From sequence record MT119360.1: DNA of 64,000 nucleotides, one strand, 5' to 3'. The position numbers and the translations under genes were made by a program. This DNA is from Enterococcus phage nattely. Within the stretch, counting starts at the first letter, position 1. Every line of letters begins with the position of its first letter. Under the pieces are notes generated by a model. That model worked only from the letters and a program-made list of their open reading frames with translations, made no database searches and was not told the DNA's origin. Positions 10,309 to 20,112 of the stretch are shown here, piece by piece.

Positions 10309-10336
10309 CAGATAGTTTGTATAAAGGAGAAGAGTT

Positions 10337-10753
10337 ATGAAAATTAAAATTAATATGTTTAGTGATGAAGAAATTTATCAACCAAAAAGAGCACATTATA
10401 ATGACGCAGGAGCCGATGTTCGCTCAACAGAAGAAATGTTAATTTGGCCAGGAGAAACTCGAAAAATTCCACTAGGTTTTGGATTAGAATTACCAGATGG
10501 ATATATGGGAGTTATGATGAGTCGTTCAGGATTAGCTTCAAAAGGATTAGTTTCACAAAATGCACCGGTTGATTCTGGATATAAAGGTCAAGTTCACGCA
10601 ATTATGACAAATGTATCAGATGAAGTTATTAAAATTGAAAAATATGATAGAATCGCACAATTAGTAATTATTCCAGTTATGGTTGCAGATTTTGTCACAG
10701 AAACAGGTAGTGAAAGAACCAGTGATGGTTTTGGAAGTACAGGTTTAAAATAG
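10337..10753 (+). CDS. dut: dUTP diphosphatase (trimeric dUTPase)
   Basis: motifs AGADV, MSRSGL, VDSGYKG, DGFGSTG in canonical order; 138 aa. Confidence 0.85.
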   Translation: MKIKINMFSDEEIYQPKRAHYNDAGADVRSTEEMLIWPGETRKIPLGFGLELPDGYMGVMMSRSGLASKGLVSQNAPVDSGYKGQVHAIMTNVSDEVIKIEKYDRIAQLVIIPVMVADFVTETGSERTSDGFGSTGLK

Positions 10754-10762
10754 GAGGATTAT

Positions 10763-11821
10763 ATGGAAATTTTATTATTGAATGTCGCAAATAACATTAC
10801 GGATTTTCGAACAGTATCAAGTGGGGAAACAGTTTATCTAAAACAAATGTTAGAACAGTTAGGCCATGGAGTTACAATTGCTTCAAATAAGAATGGTGAA
10901 TATGCGGTTGCATTTGAGGAAATTGAGGATATTAACAATTTTGACAAAGTAGTTGTTTTACCTGCTTCACTGAACTTTTTCGGTGGTGTAGAAAACCCGA
11001 CAATTATTAAAAATTATAAATTATTAGCAAAATATAATGGAACTATTAATATTTTGCAAACTGACGCACGTTTGCCATTTAAGCAGTTGTGGCCAGCAAT
11101 TGAGAAGCGGGGATGGGGATATAAAAAAGAAGAAGTTTGGATTAATGCCCCAATTAAAGTAATTGCACAATCAAAAAATTTAGATGAAGTTAAAACACAA
11201 TATGAAAAAGAAATTTTCAATAACATTGAGTTTACACATTTTCCAATTGAGCGTTATGCTGGCATTGTGGCGCTAATGAATCCAATTGATGAAGTCGAAG
11301 AAAAAGAACATGATTTAGTTTATTATGGTTCATTCCGTGGAGGCAATCGTGCTGCTAAAATGGCAGAATTTTTATGTGGAAACATTGTAGAAAAATTAGA
11401 TGTCCACGTATTTGGAACAATTCGAGAAAAACAATTAGCTAAAAGTAGCGATGGTCCATTTCCTTCGTTTGGTAAAAAGATGAAAATGAATGAAATTAGA
11501 CAAGAGGTTAGCAAAAGTTTCTCAACTTTAATTATTGGTGAAAAATTTTATAATAATGCAATGTTGACAGTGAGGGTTTGGGAAACATTAAGTAGCGACG
11601 CAGTAGTTCTCATTGACAACGATTTTGACTCTTACCATAATTTATTTCCTAATTCGCCATGGCGGTATGTTGAAAAAGAAGAAGATCTTATCGAAGTAGT
11701 AAAATCTCTTAAAGATGATGAAAATAAGAGAAAATTAGCGATTCAAGAGCAAAAAGAAGTGTTAGAAAAAATGATTGATTCTTCTCAATGGTTAAGAGAT
11801 TTTGAAAATATTTTAGCTTAA
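10763..11821 (+). CDS. bgt: DNA beta-glucosyltransferase (T4 BGT homolog, GT-B fold)
   Basis: full-length collinear similarity to T4 beta-glucosyltransferase: MEILLLNVANNITDFRTVSSGETVYL vs MKIAIINMGNNVINFKTVPSSETIYL, NFFGG, TDARLPFKQLWP vs TDIRLPFSQSWP, YGSFRGGNRAAKMAEFL vs YGGSFRSGQRESKMVEFL, LRVWETLSSDAVVLIDNDFD vs LRVWETMASDAVMLIDEEFD; 352 aa vs 351 aa. Confidence 0.85.
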   Translation: MEILLLNVANNITDFRTVSSGETVYLKQMLEQLGHGVTIASNKNGEYAVAFEEIEDINNFDKVVVLPASLNFFGGVENPTIIKNYKLLAKYNGTINILQTDARLPFKQLWPAIEKRGWGYKKEEVWINAPIKVIAQSKNLDEVKTQYEKEIFNNIEFTHFPIERYAGIVALMNPIDEVEEKEHDLVYYGSFRGGNRAAKMAEFLCGNIVEKLDVHVFGTIREKQLAKSSDGPFPSFGKKMKMNEIRQEVSKSFSTLIIGEKFYNNAMLTVRVWETLSSDAVVLIDNDFDSYHNLFPNSPWRYVEKEEDLIEVVKSLKDDENKRKLAIQEQKEVLEKMIDSSQWLRDFENILA

Positions 11822-11860
11822 CGGTTTACGTTAAGCTTTTTTTATGATATAATATAACTA
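11822..11860 (+). promoter_or_regulatory. terminator hairpin fused to promoter
   Basis: gcttaacggtttacgttaagc plus T7; TTTACG -35 in the loop; TATAAT. Confidence 0.55.
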
Positions 11861-11892
11861 TAAATAAATTAGAAAGAAATGGAGAGAAATTT

Positions 11893-12417
11893 ATGACGGT
11901 TCAGTTTAAAGCGAAAGGACATGAAGATAACATTATTCACTTATATTCAGATGGTGGTTGTCGGTCAACTGCTAAAAAAGGTGAAACTATAAAAGAAACA
12001 GATAAAAGTGCTTATGCATTCTTCTTAAAACAAGGTGGAAATGAAAAATTAGATGGGCAAGCAAGTTATGGTAAAACAAATAATAATCAAGAAATTATGG
12101 GATTATTAATGGGCTTACGCGCTATTAAACGCCCAGAATTTCCAGTTGTTGCATATTTAGATTCAGCTTATGTTGTTAACTGTTTACAAGCTGGCTGGTG
12201 GAAGAAGTGGAAAGCTAATGGATGGACGAAAAAAGGTGGATTAGCAAATGCTAAAGAATGGAAAGAATTAATTGAAGAATTAGAACGTTTTCCATTTTTT
12301 AGAATTGAAAAAGTTAAAGGACACAGTGGCTTTGCAGATTATAATGATTTAGTTGATAAACACTTAAATAAATTAATGGATGAATTACCTGAAATTGGAA
12401 AGGGAAATGTTTTATGA
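11893..12417 (+). CDS. rnh: ribonuclease H (RNase HI-like)
   Basis: YSDGGC N-terminal motif and C-terminal GHSGFADYNDLVDKH; 174 aa. Confidence 0.75.
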   Translation: MTVQFKAKGHEDNIIHLYSDGGCRSTAKKGETIKETDKSAYAFFLKQGGNEKLDGQASYGKTNNNQEIMGLLMGLRAIKRPEFPVVAYLDSAYVVNCLQAGWWKKWKANGWTKKGGLANAKEWKELIEELERFPFFRIEKVKGHSGFADYNDLVDKHLNKLMDELPEIGKGNVL

Positions 12418-13376
12418 TATATTATGGAGAGCCATATTTTGAACTATTTTCATATGAGGCGACTGATAAAGCAAGAAATGACACTTGTAAAATATTAAAC
12501 TCCATGGGGTATTCACCTTTAAAATTATCTTGTTTTTCAGACGTGAACATTGAGAAAGCTGATGAAGAATTAGCTAACATTGAGGAAAATGACATAATTC
12601 TCTTACAATATCCAACTTACAGTGGAGCAGATTATGAAAAGAGATTAATTGAAATTTCTCATAAGAAAAAAGCAAAAATCTGTGCAATTGTTCACGACTT
12701 AGAATCAATAAGATTCTATGGAAATGATAGTGACATTGAGATTTTGAATGGTTTCGATATTATATCTCTTCCCTCCATGGAGATGTATAAAAAACTCTTA
12801 AAACAAGGACTAAAAACAAAAGTAAAGATACAGTTAATTTGGGATTTTCTCGCCATGGATAATCAACAATGGTATGATACAAATTCGGACATTGTCTTTG
12901 CTGGAAATTTAACAATGGAAAAGAGTAAATGGATAATGGATGTAGATTTTCCTATGTTGGTGTATGGCGACAATATAAATAATTTAATTTTTAATGATGA
13001 TGTAAAATATTGTGGTAAAAAGAATGATTTGGAATTAGTAAAAGAAATTGGTGGACAAATTGGATTATTATGGGAAGAAGGATTATATAAAGATTATTTA
13101 AAATATAATTTATCGTTTAAGCCTTCTTTATATCTTGCAGCAAATTGTCCGATTATTGTTCCAGAAAAAACCCATATTGGAAATATTGTAAAAACATACA
13201 AAATAGGCGTAACTGTTAAAGATATTAAAAGACAAACAATGTTGGATGCTGTTATTAAATTAAAAGATAATTTAAACTTTTATCAAGAACGTGTTTCAAC
13301 ATTTGGAGAAACAATTAGAAATGGGCAAAATATGAAAACGTTAGTTGAAAGTATGGTGAGAGAAATTGAAAATTGA
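12414..13376 (+). CDS. putative GT-B glycosyltransferase (C-terminal GT4-like nucleotide-sugar binding region)
   Basis: DIVFAGNLTMEKSKW and LYLAANCPIIVPEKTHIGNIV resemble GT-B donor-binding motifs; start overlaps the rnh stop (ATGA). Confidence 0.4.
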   Translation: MIYYGEPYFELFSYEATDKARNDTCKILNSMGYSPLKLSCFSDVNIEKADEELANIEENDIILLQYPTYSGADYEKRLIEISHKKKAKICAIVHDLESIRFYGNDSDIEILNGFDIISLPSMEMYKKLLKQGLKTKVKIQLIWDFLAMDNQQWYDTNSDIVFAGNLTMEKSKWIMDVDFPMLVYGDNINNLIFNDDVKYCGKKNDLELVKEIGGQIGLLWEEGLYKDYLKYNLSFKPSLYLAANCPIIVPEKTHIGNIVKTYKIGVTVKDIKRQTMLDAVIKLKDNLNFYQERVSTFGETIRNGQNMKTLVESMVREIEN

Positions 13377-13623
13377 AATGTATGTTTTTGATAAAGTTGA
13401 GGTCGATTATGAAAATTTCACTAATACTGAATATGGAGAACAATGCAAAATTTATCGATTCTCGCTAGTTGGGTTAAATTCAGAAATAAAATCAAAAATT
13501 TATTCAATTAAATTTAGAAAATTATTAAAATATCAATGGTATGTTGATTTACAAATTTGGATTATGAAAATGAGAAAGAAAACATTTGTGCAAAATGTAT
13601 TAGGAAGGGAATACTATGGATGA
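13366..13623 (+). CDS. hypothetical protein
   Basis: ORF overlapping the upstream stop. Confidence 0.4.
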   Translation: MKIEMYVFDKVEVDYENFTNTEYGEQCKIYRFSLVGLNSEIKSKIYSIKFRKLLKYQWYVDLQIWIMKMRKKTFVQNVLGREYYG

Positions 13624-13807
13624 AAAAACTAGACTAATTAATAGGCAAGAAGAATTATCAGCACGATTAGAAGGTTTAAAATTTGCGGAAAAATGGATAA
13701 AAATTTTTGGACCTCTAAATGAAGATAATGTTCAAAAAGAAATTAAAACAACTATGGAGTTAATGGATGATAATTTAGCTAAATTGGAGGAAATTATATA
13801 TGGTTGA
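13616..13807 (+). CDS. hypothetical protein
   Basis: ORF, coupled to upstream gene. Confidence 0.4.
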   Translation: MDEKTRLINRQEELSARLEGLKFAEKWIKIFGPLNEDNVQKEIKTTMELMDDNLAKLEEIIYG

Positions 13808-13908
13808 AATATTAATTGATTTTTTATTGGTTTTTCCAGCGATAATTCTTATTATTTTATTTGCGGCTATCTTAGCAATTATTAGTGAAATTTAAAGGAG
13901 AATGAAAA

Positions 13909-14517
13909 ATGGCAAAATTTACATTTATGTATGGAACTATGAAAAGCGGAAAAAGTATGGAGTTAATTAAAACTTATACAAATTATTTAGTAAAAGATCA
14001 AAAACCATTGGTGTTAAAAAGTGCAATTGATACACGTGACTCCAATACAGTTGCTACACGACTAGGCTCTGCAATTACATGTCAGCTATTAGGACAAAAT
14101 CAAAATATTGCAGATTTTTTACAACAAGATGGTCGTAATAATCCTCCTGTTATTTTGATTGATGAAGCACAATTTTTAACAAAATCACAAGTTATCGAAT
14201 GTGGTGTTCTAGTTGATACGCAAAATATTGATGTAATATGCTTTGGTTTGAAAACTGATTTTACTAATCATTTATTCGAAGGAAGTAAAGCTTTAATTGA
14301 AGAAGCTGATAAATTAGTGGAAATTAAAACATTATGCGCTTTTTGTAATAAAAAAGCAACCCATAATTTATTAACTGAATTAAGAGAAGATGGTTATCGT
14401 TATGCTGTTGATTCAGAAAATGTTGATGGAAATATTGTGATTGGTGATGAAGACTTTTTCCAATGCTGCAGAAAACATTATTATTTTTATGGAACTCAAA
14501 CAAGGAAAGTGCAATAA
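13909..14517 (+). CDS. tdk: thymidine kinase
   Basis: P-loop YGTMKSGKS; C-terminal zinc cysteines CAFC...CCRKHY; 202 aa. Confidence 0.85.
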   Translation: MAKFTFMYGTMKSGKSMELIKTYTNYLVKDQKPLVLKSAIDTRDSNTVATRLGSAITCQLLGQNQNIADFLQQDGRNNPPVILIDEAQFLTKSQVIECGVLVDTQNIDVICFGLKTDFTNHLFEGSKALIEEADKLVEIKTLCAFCNKKATHNLLTELREDGYRYAVDSENVDGNIVIGDEDFFQCCRKHYYFYGTQTRKVQ

Positions 14518-14518
14518 T

Positions 14519-14761
14519 ATGAAAATAGAAAAAGATAAATTACAAAATATTGTTAAAAAATTAGAATATGAAGTTGAGTTTAATTCTCCAATTCCAGGAA
14601 TAATCAATAATGAAAATATTGTTATTGATTGGGAAGATATAATGGAAGATAGCGAAGAAGATTTATGTGAAATTTGTGGTTGTGAACATATTGATTCGTG
14701 GGAAGCAGGCGCATGTTGGTCTTCACACAACGATCCTGATTATGACCCATTCGACATTTAG
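14519..14761 (+). CDS. small Cys-rich acidic protein
   Basis: ATG immediately after the tdk stop; CEICGCEH...ACW cluster; the track ORF 14441-14761 extends spuriously into tdk. Confidence 0.45.
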   Translation: MKIEKDKLQNIVKKLEYEVEFNSPIPGIINNENIVIDWEDIMEDSEEDLCEICGCEHIDSWEAGACWSSHNDPDYDPFDI

Positions 14762-14770
14762 GAGGAATAT

Positions 14771-14987
14771 TATGAAAGCATTAGTGATGCAAGTGTTAGG
14801 ATTATTAGAAAGAATTGATGAAGATAATAAATATGTAATTTTTGATGAAATTGGTAGAATTGTCTCAGGAAATGAAAAATATCTATCTTTTAAAGTCGAT
14901 TATCATATTAATTTTCCCGATTATTATTCATTTGTTTATGTAGACGATGATGGTAACTTGAAACAAGAAACTGGAATAGTTTATTAA
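14771..14987 (+). CDS. hypothetical protein
   Basis: ATG with AGGAGG RBS at 14760. Confidence 0.5.
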
Positions 14988-15087
14988 AAAATGTAAAAAA
15001 ACTGTTTACAAACAGATCTGCTTAGTGTATAATATATTTATAGTTAATAAACAAACTAAAATATTTTAACAAGAAAGAGGTAGTATT

Positions 15088-15276
15088 ATGTTAGAAACAG
15101 TTGAAGAGATCGTAGAATATTTATGGAAAAAGGTTGATCAATACGAAAAAGAAATTGAAGTTATTAAAAAGAAAATTTCTGTTTCGGGTGAAAACGAAAA
15201 AGATTTAGCAAATCTAAAAGGTTATCGATGGATTTTAGCTGACACGATGGAATTAATTTCATCAATTAAAAAATAA
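15088..15276 (+). CDS. hypothetical protein
   Basis: ORF after the promoter at about 15000; RBS AAGAGG. Confidence 0.5.
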   Translation: MLETVEEIVEYLWKKVDQYEKEIEVIKKKISVSGENEKDLANLKGYRWILADTMELISSIKK

Positions 15277-15290
15277 TATTTTTAGAAAAA

Positions 15291-15325
15291 AGACTGTTTA
15301 CAAAACAGTCTTTTTTTGATATAAT
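15291..15325 (+). promoter_or_regulatory. terminator hairpin with -35 in its loop, then -10
   Basis: agactgtttacaaaacagtct hairpin 15291-15311, T7 run, TTTACA 15297-15302, 17 nt spacer, TATAAT 15320-15325. Confidence 0.65.
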
Positions 15326-15358
15326 ATAAATATAAATTAATAGAAATGAGGTAAATTA

Positions 15359-18300
15359 ATGAGTTGGTTTAGTATTCACAATCATTCGCATTTTAGTAAT
15401 TTTCGTTTAAGAGATGCAACCAATGCGCCACAAGATATTTTAAGAGTCGCAAATGAAAAGGGATTGAAAGGAATTGTATTATCAGATCACGAGACTATTG
15501 CGGGTGCACCTACATTTTTAGATAATGCTAAAAAAATGAAAGAAGAAGGTAAATTACCAGAAGATTTTGTTGCAGCAATTGGTAATGAAGCATATTTAAT
15601 TGATCGTAAATATGAGGAACCAATGAAAAACCAAGAAAAAGTTAGATATTTTCATTTTTTAATGGTAGCAAAAAATCAACGTGGTTTTGAATTTTTGAAA
15701 AAACAAACAGCTAAAGCATGGGAAAATAGCACATACTCAAGAGGTATGGAACGTGTTCCAACATTTAAAGATGATTTACAAGAATTAATGAAAGAATATA
15801 AAGGTGATGTAATTGCATCAACTGCGTGTATTGGTGGCGAACTTCCGCAATTAATCCTTAAGTTAGAAGAATTTCAAAAATCAGGTGATGCGTTACGTAT
15901 TGAAACAACAAAACGAGAGATACATTATTTCATTCAATTTTTAGTTGAAACTTTTGGCCACGATAATGTATTTTTTGAATTACAACCATCAAAACAAAAT
16001 GAACAATTGATTGTCAACAAATGGTTACCAAAAATTGCAAAAGCGTATAATATCAAATGTATCGTCACAACAGATGCTCACTATCTTACATTAGAACAGC
16101 AAGAATTTCATAAACAATATTTACAGGCATCTGAAGGTGAGCGTGAAGTTGAATCTTTTTATGCAACAACATATATTTTCTCATATGATGAATTATTGGA
16201 ATATTTCGATAAAGAATTATTAGATGAATTATGTGAAAACACATTGATTATTCGTGATATGGTTAATAATGAATTAAAATATAAACATGAGACAGTTATT
16301 CCACGATCACATATTCCACATTTTGAACAAGATGAAAATGTGATGCAAAAAATTGATGAGACAAAATATCCGAACATTTATAAGATGATGAGATCTTCGG
16401 TTATTGAAGATAGATATTATCATTTTAAAGTTATGAAAGGTTTTGTTGAAAAAGAACAAGAATTTAATGATGAAAATTTAAGTAGAATTGATTTAGAATA
16501 TAGTGAACTTCAAGCAATTAGTGAACAATTAAATCAACCGATGACGTCGTACTTTTTGGCAATGACAGAATTTGTTGATATTATGTGGGAATATTCATTA
16601 GTTGGGGTTGGACGTGGTTCTGCAGTATGTTATTATACAAATTATTTATTAGATATTGTTCAATTAAATCCAATTAAATATGATTTACCATATTGGAGAT
16701 TTTTATCTCGTGAATATGTTGGAGAATTTCCAGATATTGACGTTGATGCTCAAGGTAGTGAACGTGCAAATATTATTGAAGGTGTAAAAGAAAAATTTGG
16801 ACATGAAAATGTGTTAAATATTGGAACTTACACAACTGAGGGACCTCGAGCAGCATCATTAACCGCATGTCGTGCATTCGGTTTAGATCCGGATACAGCA
16901 CAAAATATCACAAATGCAATTCCGAGTGACAAGGGGTTCGCTTGGCCATTACAAGACGCATTTTTCGGAAATGAAAAAGAACACAGAAAACCAGATAAGC
17001 AATTTATTTATATGGTAAATGAATATCCAGGACTGCAGGAGTTAATGTTACAATCTCAAGGTTTAGTAAGTGGACGTGGACAACATGCTTCAGGTGTTGT
17101 TGTTTTTCCAGACGGATATACTTCTTTAAACACAATGATGAAGACAAGTAAAGGGTTGCCAATCACTCAGTGGGATGCACATACAACTGAGGTCGCTGGT
17201 GGAATTAAATATGACTTTTTATCAATTAATGCACTAGATAGAATTAGAGCCGCAATTGATATGTTGTTAAAAGATGGTAAAATTGAATGGCAAGGATCAT
17301 TACAAGAAACTTTCAATAAATATTTTCACCCGGACGTTTTAGATATGGAAAGTCAAGAAATGTTTGATATGCTATTTAATGGAGAAATTATTTCAGCTTT
17401 TCAGTTTGAAGCAAAAACAGGTAGACAAGCATTAGAAAAAATTAATGCGCGTACATTCGATCAATTAGTTGCTGCAAATTCATTAATGCGTTTATCTTCA
17501 GATGGAGAACAGCCAATTGATAAATACATTCGTTATAAAAATGATTTAAACGAATGGGAAAAAGATATGGACGAATATAATTTAACTGAAGATGAAAAAG
17601 CAGTTATGCACGAATTATTAGATAAAAAATTTGGTGTGTGTGAAGTTCAAGAATCAATTATGAAAATTGCAATGCATGAAAAAGTAGCAAAATATAATTT
17701 GAGAGAAGCAAAAGGATTACGTAAAGCTTCAGCGAAAAAAGACCCAACAATTCAAGTTAAACAAAAAGAATTATTCTTTAAAAAAGGTAGAGAAAATGGA
17801 ACTAGTGATAATTTATTAAATTATATTTGGAATGAATGTTATGTTCCAACATTTGGTTATTCATTTTCAGAACCTCACGTAGCAGCATATACAATGATTT
17901 TAATGATTGAAATGAATATTGCTTATAGATATGGGGTTCATTATTGGAAAGCAGCATGTTTGAATGTTGATGCGGGAATTATCGGAGAACTTGAAGCGGG
18001 GACAAAATACGGTAAAGTCGCAAAAGCATTATCAAATTTCCGAGAAGATGTTATTCCACCGTCAGTTAATAAAAGCGATATTGGTTTTACACCGGATCAA
18101 AATACAGGCAAAATTATGTATGGATTAAAACCAATTGTTGGTATGAATAGTAAATTAGCAAAACAAATTATTGAAGGTCGTCCATATAAAAATATGCAAC
18201 ATTTTATTGATCATAATGTTATAAATGGTGATTTAACAAATACAAAAATGGTAACATTAATTAAAAGTGGATTATTTGATGAATTATATCCAAATAGGAA

Positions 18301-19213
18301 ACAATTAATGGTAAATTTTGTTATGTATGTAGAACCATTTAAACAAAAATTGTCAACTTCAGTGATTCCAAAAATTGCACATTTAATTCCAGATAAATAT
18401 AAAGATGCAAAAGAAGCATATTTCTTTTTGAAAGAAATTAAAAGTAAAAAAGTTCATGATGAATATACGGAATATTTCTTTAATAATTTTAAAGAAGATT
18501 GTGATAAAAAAGTAACTAAAAAATATCCAGAATCATATACCTATAATGATAATGGGAATTTTATAATTGAAATTAAAGTTTTAGAAAAAGTTGTAAAAGA
18601 TAGAATGGAAAAATTAAAAGAATGGTTACAAACAGAAGACGCACTAAAAGCTGAAGCTTCACTAAGAAGAAGTGCATATTGGCAAAAATATTGTTTAGGA
18701 ACAATATCTCACTGGGAAATGGAATCAATCACATTCTATATTTCACAACATGAGTTAGAAGAATATCCAATTCATTCATTTTTCGAATTATCTAATTTCA
18801 ATGAATTACCGAGAGAGCCAGAAGTTGATGGTTGGAATAATGGACGTGGTGGTAAAAAATGGCCAAAATATAAAAGTCATGTAATTGCGGGAACGGTAAT
18901 TGACACACTTCCACAAAAAGGTATAGTTACTTTAATCACCAAAGACGGTGTTGTTGATGTTCGTGTTGGAAAAGGAAAATATCAATATTATAATAAAAAG
19001 ATCATGATTGGACAAGGTAAAGAACGTGTTAATATTGATGATACATGGTGGAAACGCGGAAATATGGTAGTTGTTGTTGGTTACCGTAGAGAAAATGATT
19101 TTTATGCTAATGCAAAAAATAGTGCATATCAACATTCAGTTATGTTAATTAAAGGACATGATGGAGAAAAAATATTTTTACAACAAGAAAAAAGAAAAGT
19201 TGAAGAAGATTAA
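15359..19213 (+). CDS. DNA polymerase III alpha-type replicative polymerase (DnaE/PolC family, N-terminal PHP domain)
   Basis: PHP motif HNHSHFS; 1284 aa, architecture of bacterial Pol III alpha. Confidence 0.8.
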   Translation: MSWFSIHNHSHFSNFRLRDATNAPQDILRVANEKGLKGIVLSDHETIAGAPTFLDNAKKMKEEGKLPEDFVAAIGNEAYLIDRKYEEPMKNQEKVRYFHFLMVAKNQRGFEFLKKQTAKAWENSTYSRGMERVPTFKDDLQELMKEYKGDVIASTACIGGELPQLILKLEEFQKSGDALRIETTKREIHYFIQFLVETFGHDNVFFELQPSKQNEQLIVNKWLPKIAKAYNIKCIVTTDAHYLTLEQQEFHKQYLQASEGEREVESFYATTYIFSYDELLEYFDKELLDELCENTLIIRDMVNNELKYKHETVIPRSHIPHFEQDENVMQKIDETKYPNIYKMMRSSVIEDRYYHFKVMKGFVEKEQEFNDENLSRIDLEYSELQAISEQLNQPMTSYFLAMTEFVDIMWEYSLVGVGRGSAVCYYTNYLLDIVQLNPIKYDLPYWRFLSREYVGEFPDIDVDAQGSERANIIEGVKEKFGHENVLNIGTYTTEGPRAASLTACRAFGLDPDTAQNITNAIPSDKGFAWPLQDAFFGNEKEHRKPDKQFIYMVNEYPGLQELMLQSQGLVSGRGQHASGVVVFPDGYTSLNTMMKTSKGLPITQWDAHTTEVAGGIKYDFLSINALDRIRAAIDMLLKDGKIEWQGSLQETFNKYFHPDVLDMESQEMFDMLFNGEIISAFQFEAKTGRQALEKINARTFDQLVAANSLMRLSSDGEQPIDKYIRYKNDLNEWEKDMDEYNLTEDEKAVMHELLDKKFGVCEVQESIMKIAMHEKVAKYNLREAKGLRKASAKKDPTIQVKQKELFFKKGRENGTSDNLLNYIWNECYVPTFGYSFSEPHVAAYTMILMIEMNIAYRYGVHYWKAACLNVDAGIIGELEAGTKYGKVAKALSNFREDVIPPSVNKSDIGFTPDQNTGKIMYGLKPIVGMNSKLAKQIIEGRPYKNMQHFIDHNVINGDLTNTKMVTLIKSGLFDELYPNRKQLMVNFVMYVEPFKQKLSTSVIPKIAHLIPDKYKDAKEAYFFLKEIKSKKVHDEYTEYFFNNFKEDCDKKVTKKYPESYTYNDNGNFIIEIKVLEKVVKDRMEKLKEWLQTEDALKAEASLRRSAYWQKYCLGTISHWEMESITFYISQHELEEYPIHSFFELSNFNELPREPEVDGWNNGRGGKKWPKYKSHVIAGTVIDTLPQKGIVTLITKDGVVDVRVGKGKYQYYNKKIMIGQGKERVNIDDTWWKRGNMVVVVGYRRENDFYANAKNSAYQHSVMLIKGHDGEKIFLQQEKRKVEED

Positions 19214-19282
19214 GAGAAGTGTTTACACTTCTCTTTCTTTTTGATATAATATAAATATAAAATTAATGAAAGAGGTTAGAAC

Positions 19283-19558
19283 ATGGATAAGAAAGAACAT
19301 GAGTTATTATCTAAACAATTGAGGGATAGCTATGAAGCGTACAATATTTCTCTAAATGATATTGTCCGTAAAGAAAGAGAAATTAATAAAATGGATTTAG
19401 AAATTAGTAGATTATCAGCTCAAATTGATGGAATAAAAGCAGAAAAACGCAAAGAAGAACAATTATTATTATTAGATAAAGCAGATAGTGAGCGTTATAA
19501 AGAACAATTAGAAAAAATTAAAGATAAAATTTTTGAAGGGATGTTAAATAATGGATGA
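19283..19558 (+). CDS. hypothetical coiled-coil protein
   Basis: ORF with AAGAGG RBS. Confidence 0.5.
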   Translation: MDKKEHELLSKQLRDSYEAYNISLNDIVRKEREINKMDLEISRLSAQIDGIKAEKRKEEQLLLLDKADSERYKEQLEKIKDKIFEGMLNNG

Positions 19559-19820
19559 TAAAAAAGTAGCATTAATATTATTTAAAGCAAAAAATCATTT
19601 ATCTAAAGACGAATTATTTGCTTTAGGATATTTATTTGGTCATGTTGATGGAGCAATTGGTGCAGCAAAATCTATTAATAATTTATCAACGGAAGATGCA
19701 CAAGAATTAGCAGACGACATTTTTGATTTAAAACGATTAGAAAGTGATTGGGATAAATTAGTTGAGAAATTAAATATTAAAGCACGAAGCTTTGAGGAAA
19801 TTGTCGTAATATTTAAATAA
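19551..19820 (+). CDS. hypothetical protein
   Basis: overlapping, coupled ORF. Confidence 0.5.
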   Translation: MDDKKVALILFKAKNHLSKDELFALGYLFGHVDGAIGAAKSINNLSTEDAQELADDIFDLKRLESDWDKLVEKLNIKARSFEEIVVIFK

Positions 19821-19821
19821 T

Positions 19822-19852
19822 AAAGAGGTGACTAGTTCACCTTTTTATTTTC
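19822..19852 (+). terminator. rho-independent terminator
   Basis: aggtgactagttcacct hairpin followed by ttttatttt. Confidence 0.6.
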
Positions 19853-19928
19853 TCAACTTAAAGTAAAAATTTGATAAAAAATGGGAGTGATGGTTTACAA
19901 ACACTTTTTCTCTTGATATAATATTAAT

Positions 19929-20050
19929 ATGCGCGATAAAGAGATACATGAATAAAAATAAACAACTCGGAAACTTCCTTGAAGTTGACGAAGGTGCAAC
20001 GTTCCGTTGCAACCTTACTTAGCGAAAATTATGCAAACTTTTTGCATTTT
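19929..20050 (+). ncRNA. candidate small non-coding RNA between a promoter and a terminator-like hairpin
   Basis: promoter TTTACA 19894-19899 / TATAAT 19917-19922; about 120 nt with no plausible ORF; internal hairpins gcaacg-ttc-cgttgc and atgcaaa-ctt-tttgcat plus T-run; next promoter begins at 20055. Confidence 0.3.
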
Positions 20051-20112
20051 ACTGTTTACATATTGCTCAAGATAGTATATAATAAATATATAATAAATAA
20101 ACAAAAGAAAGA

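Noticed and set aside
14441-14761. ORF-track CDS starting at 14441 inside the thymidine kinase gene
   Set aside because: It overlaps tdk out of frame for 77 nt. An ATG with proper spacing immediately follows the tdk stop at 14519.
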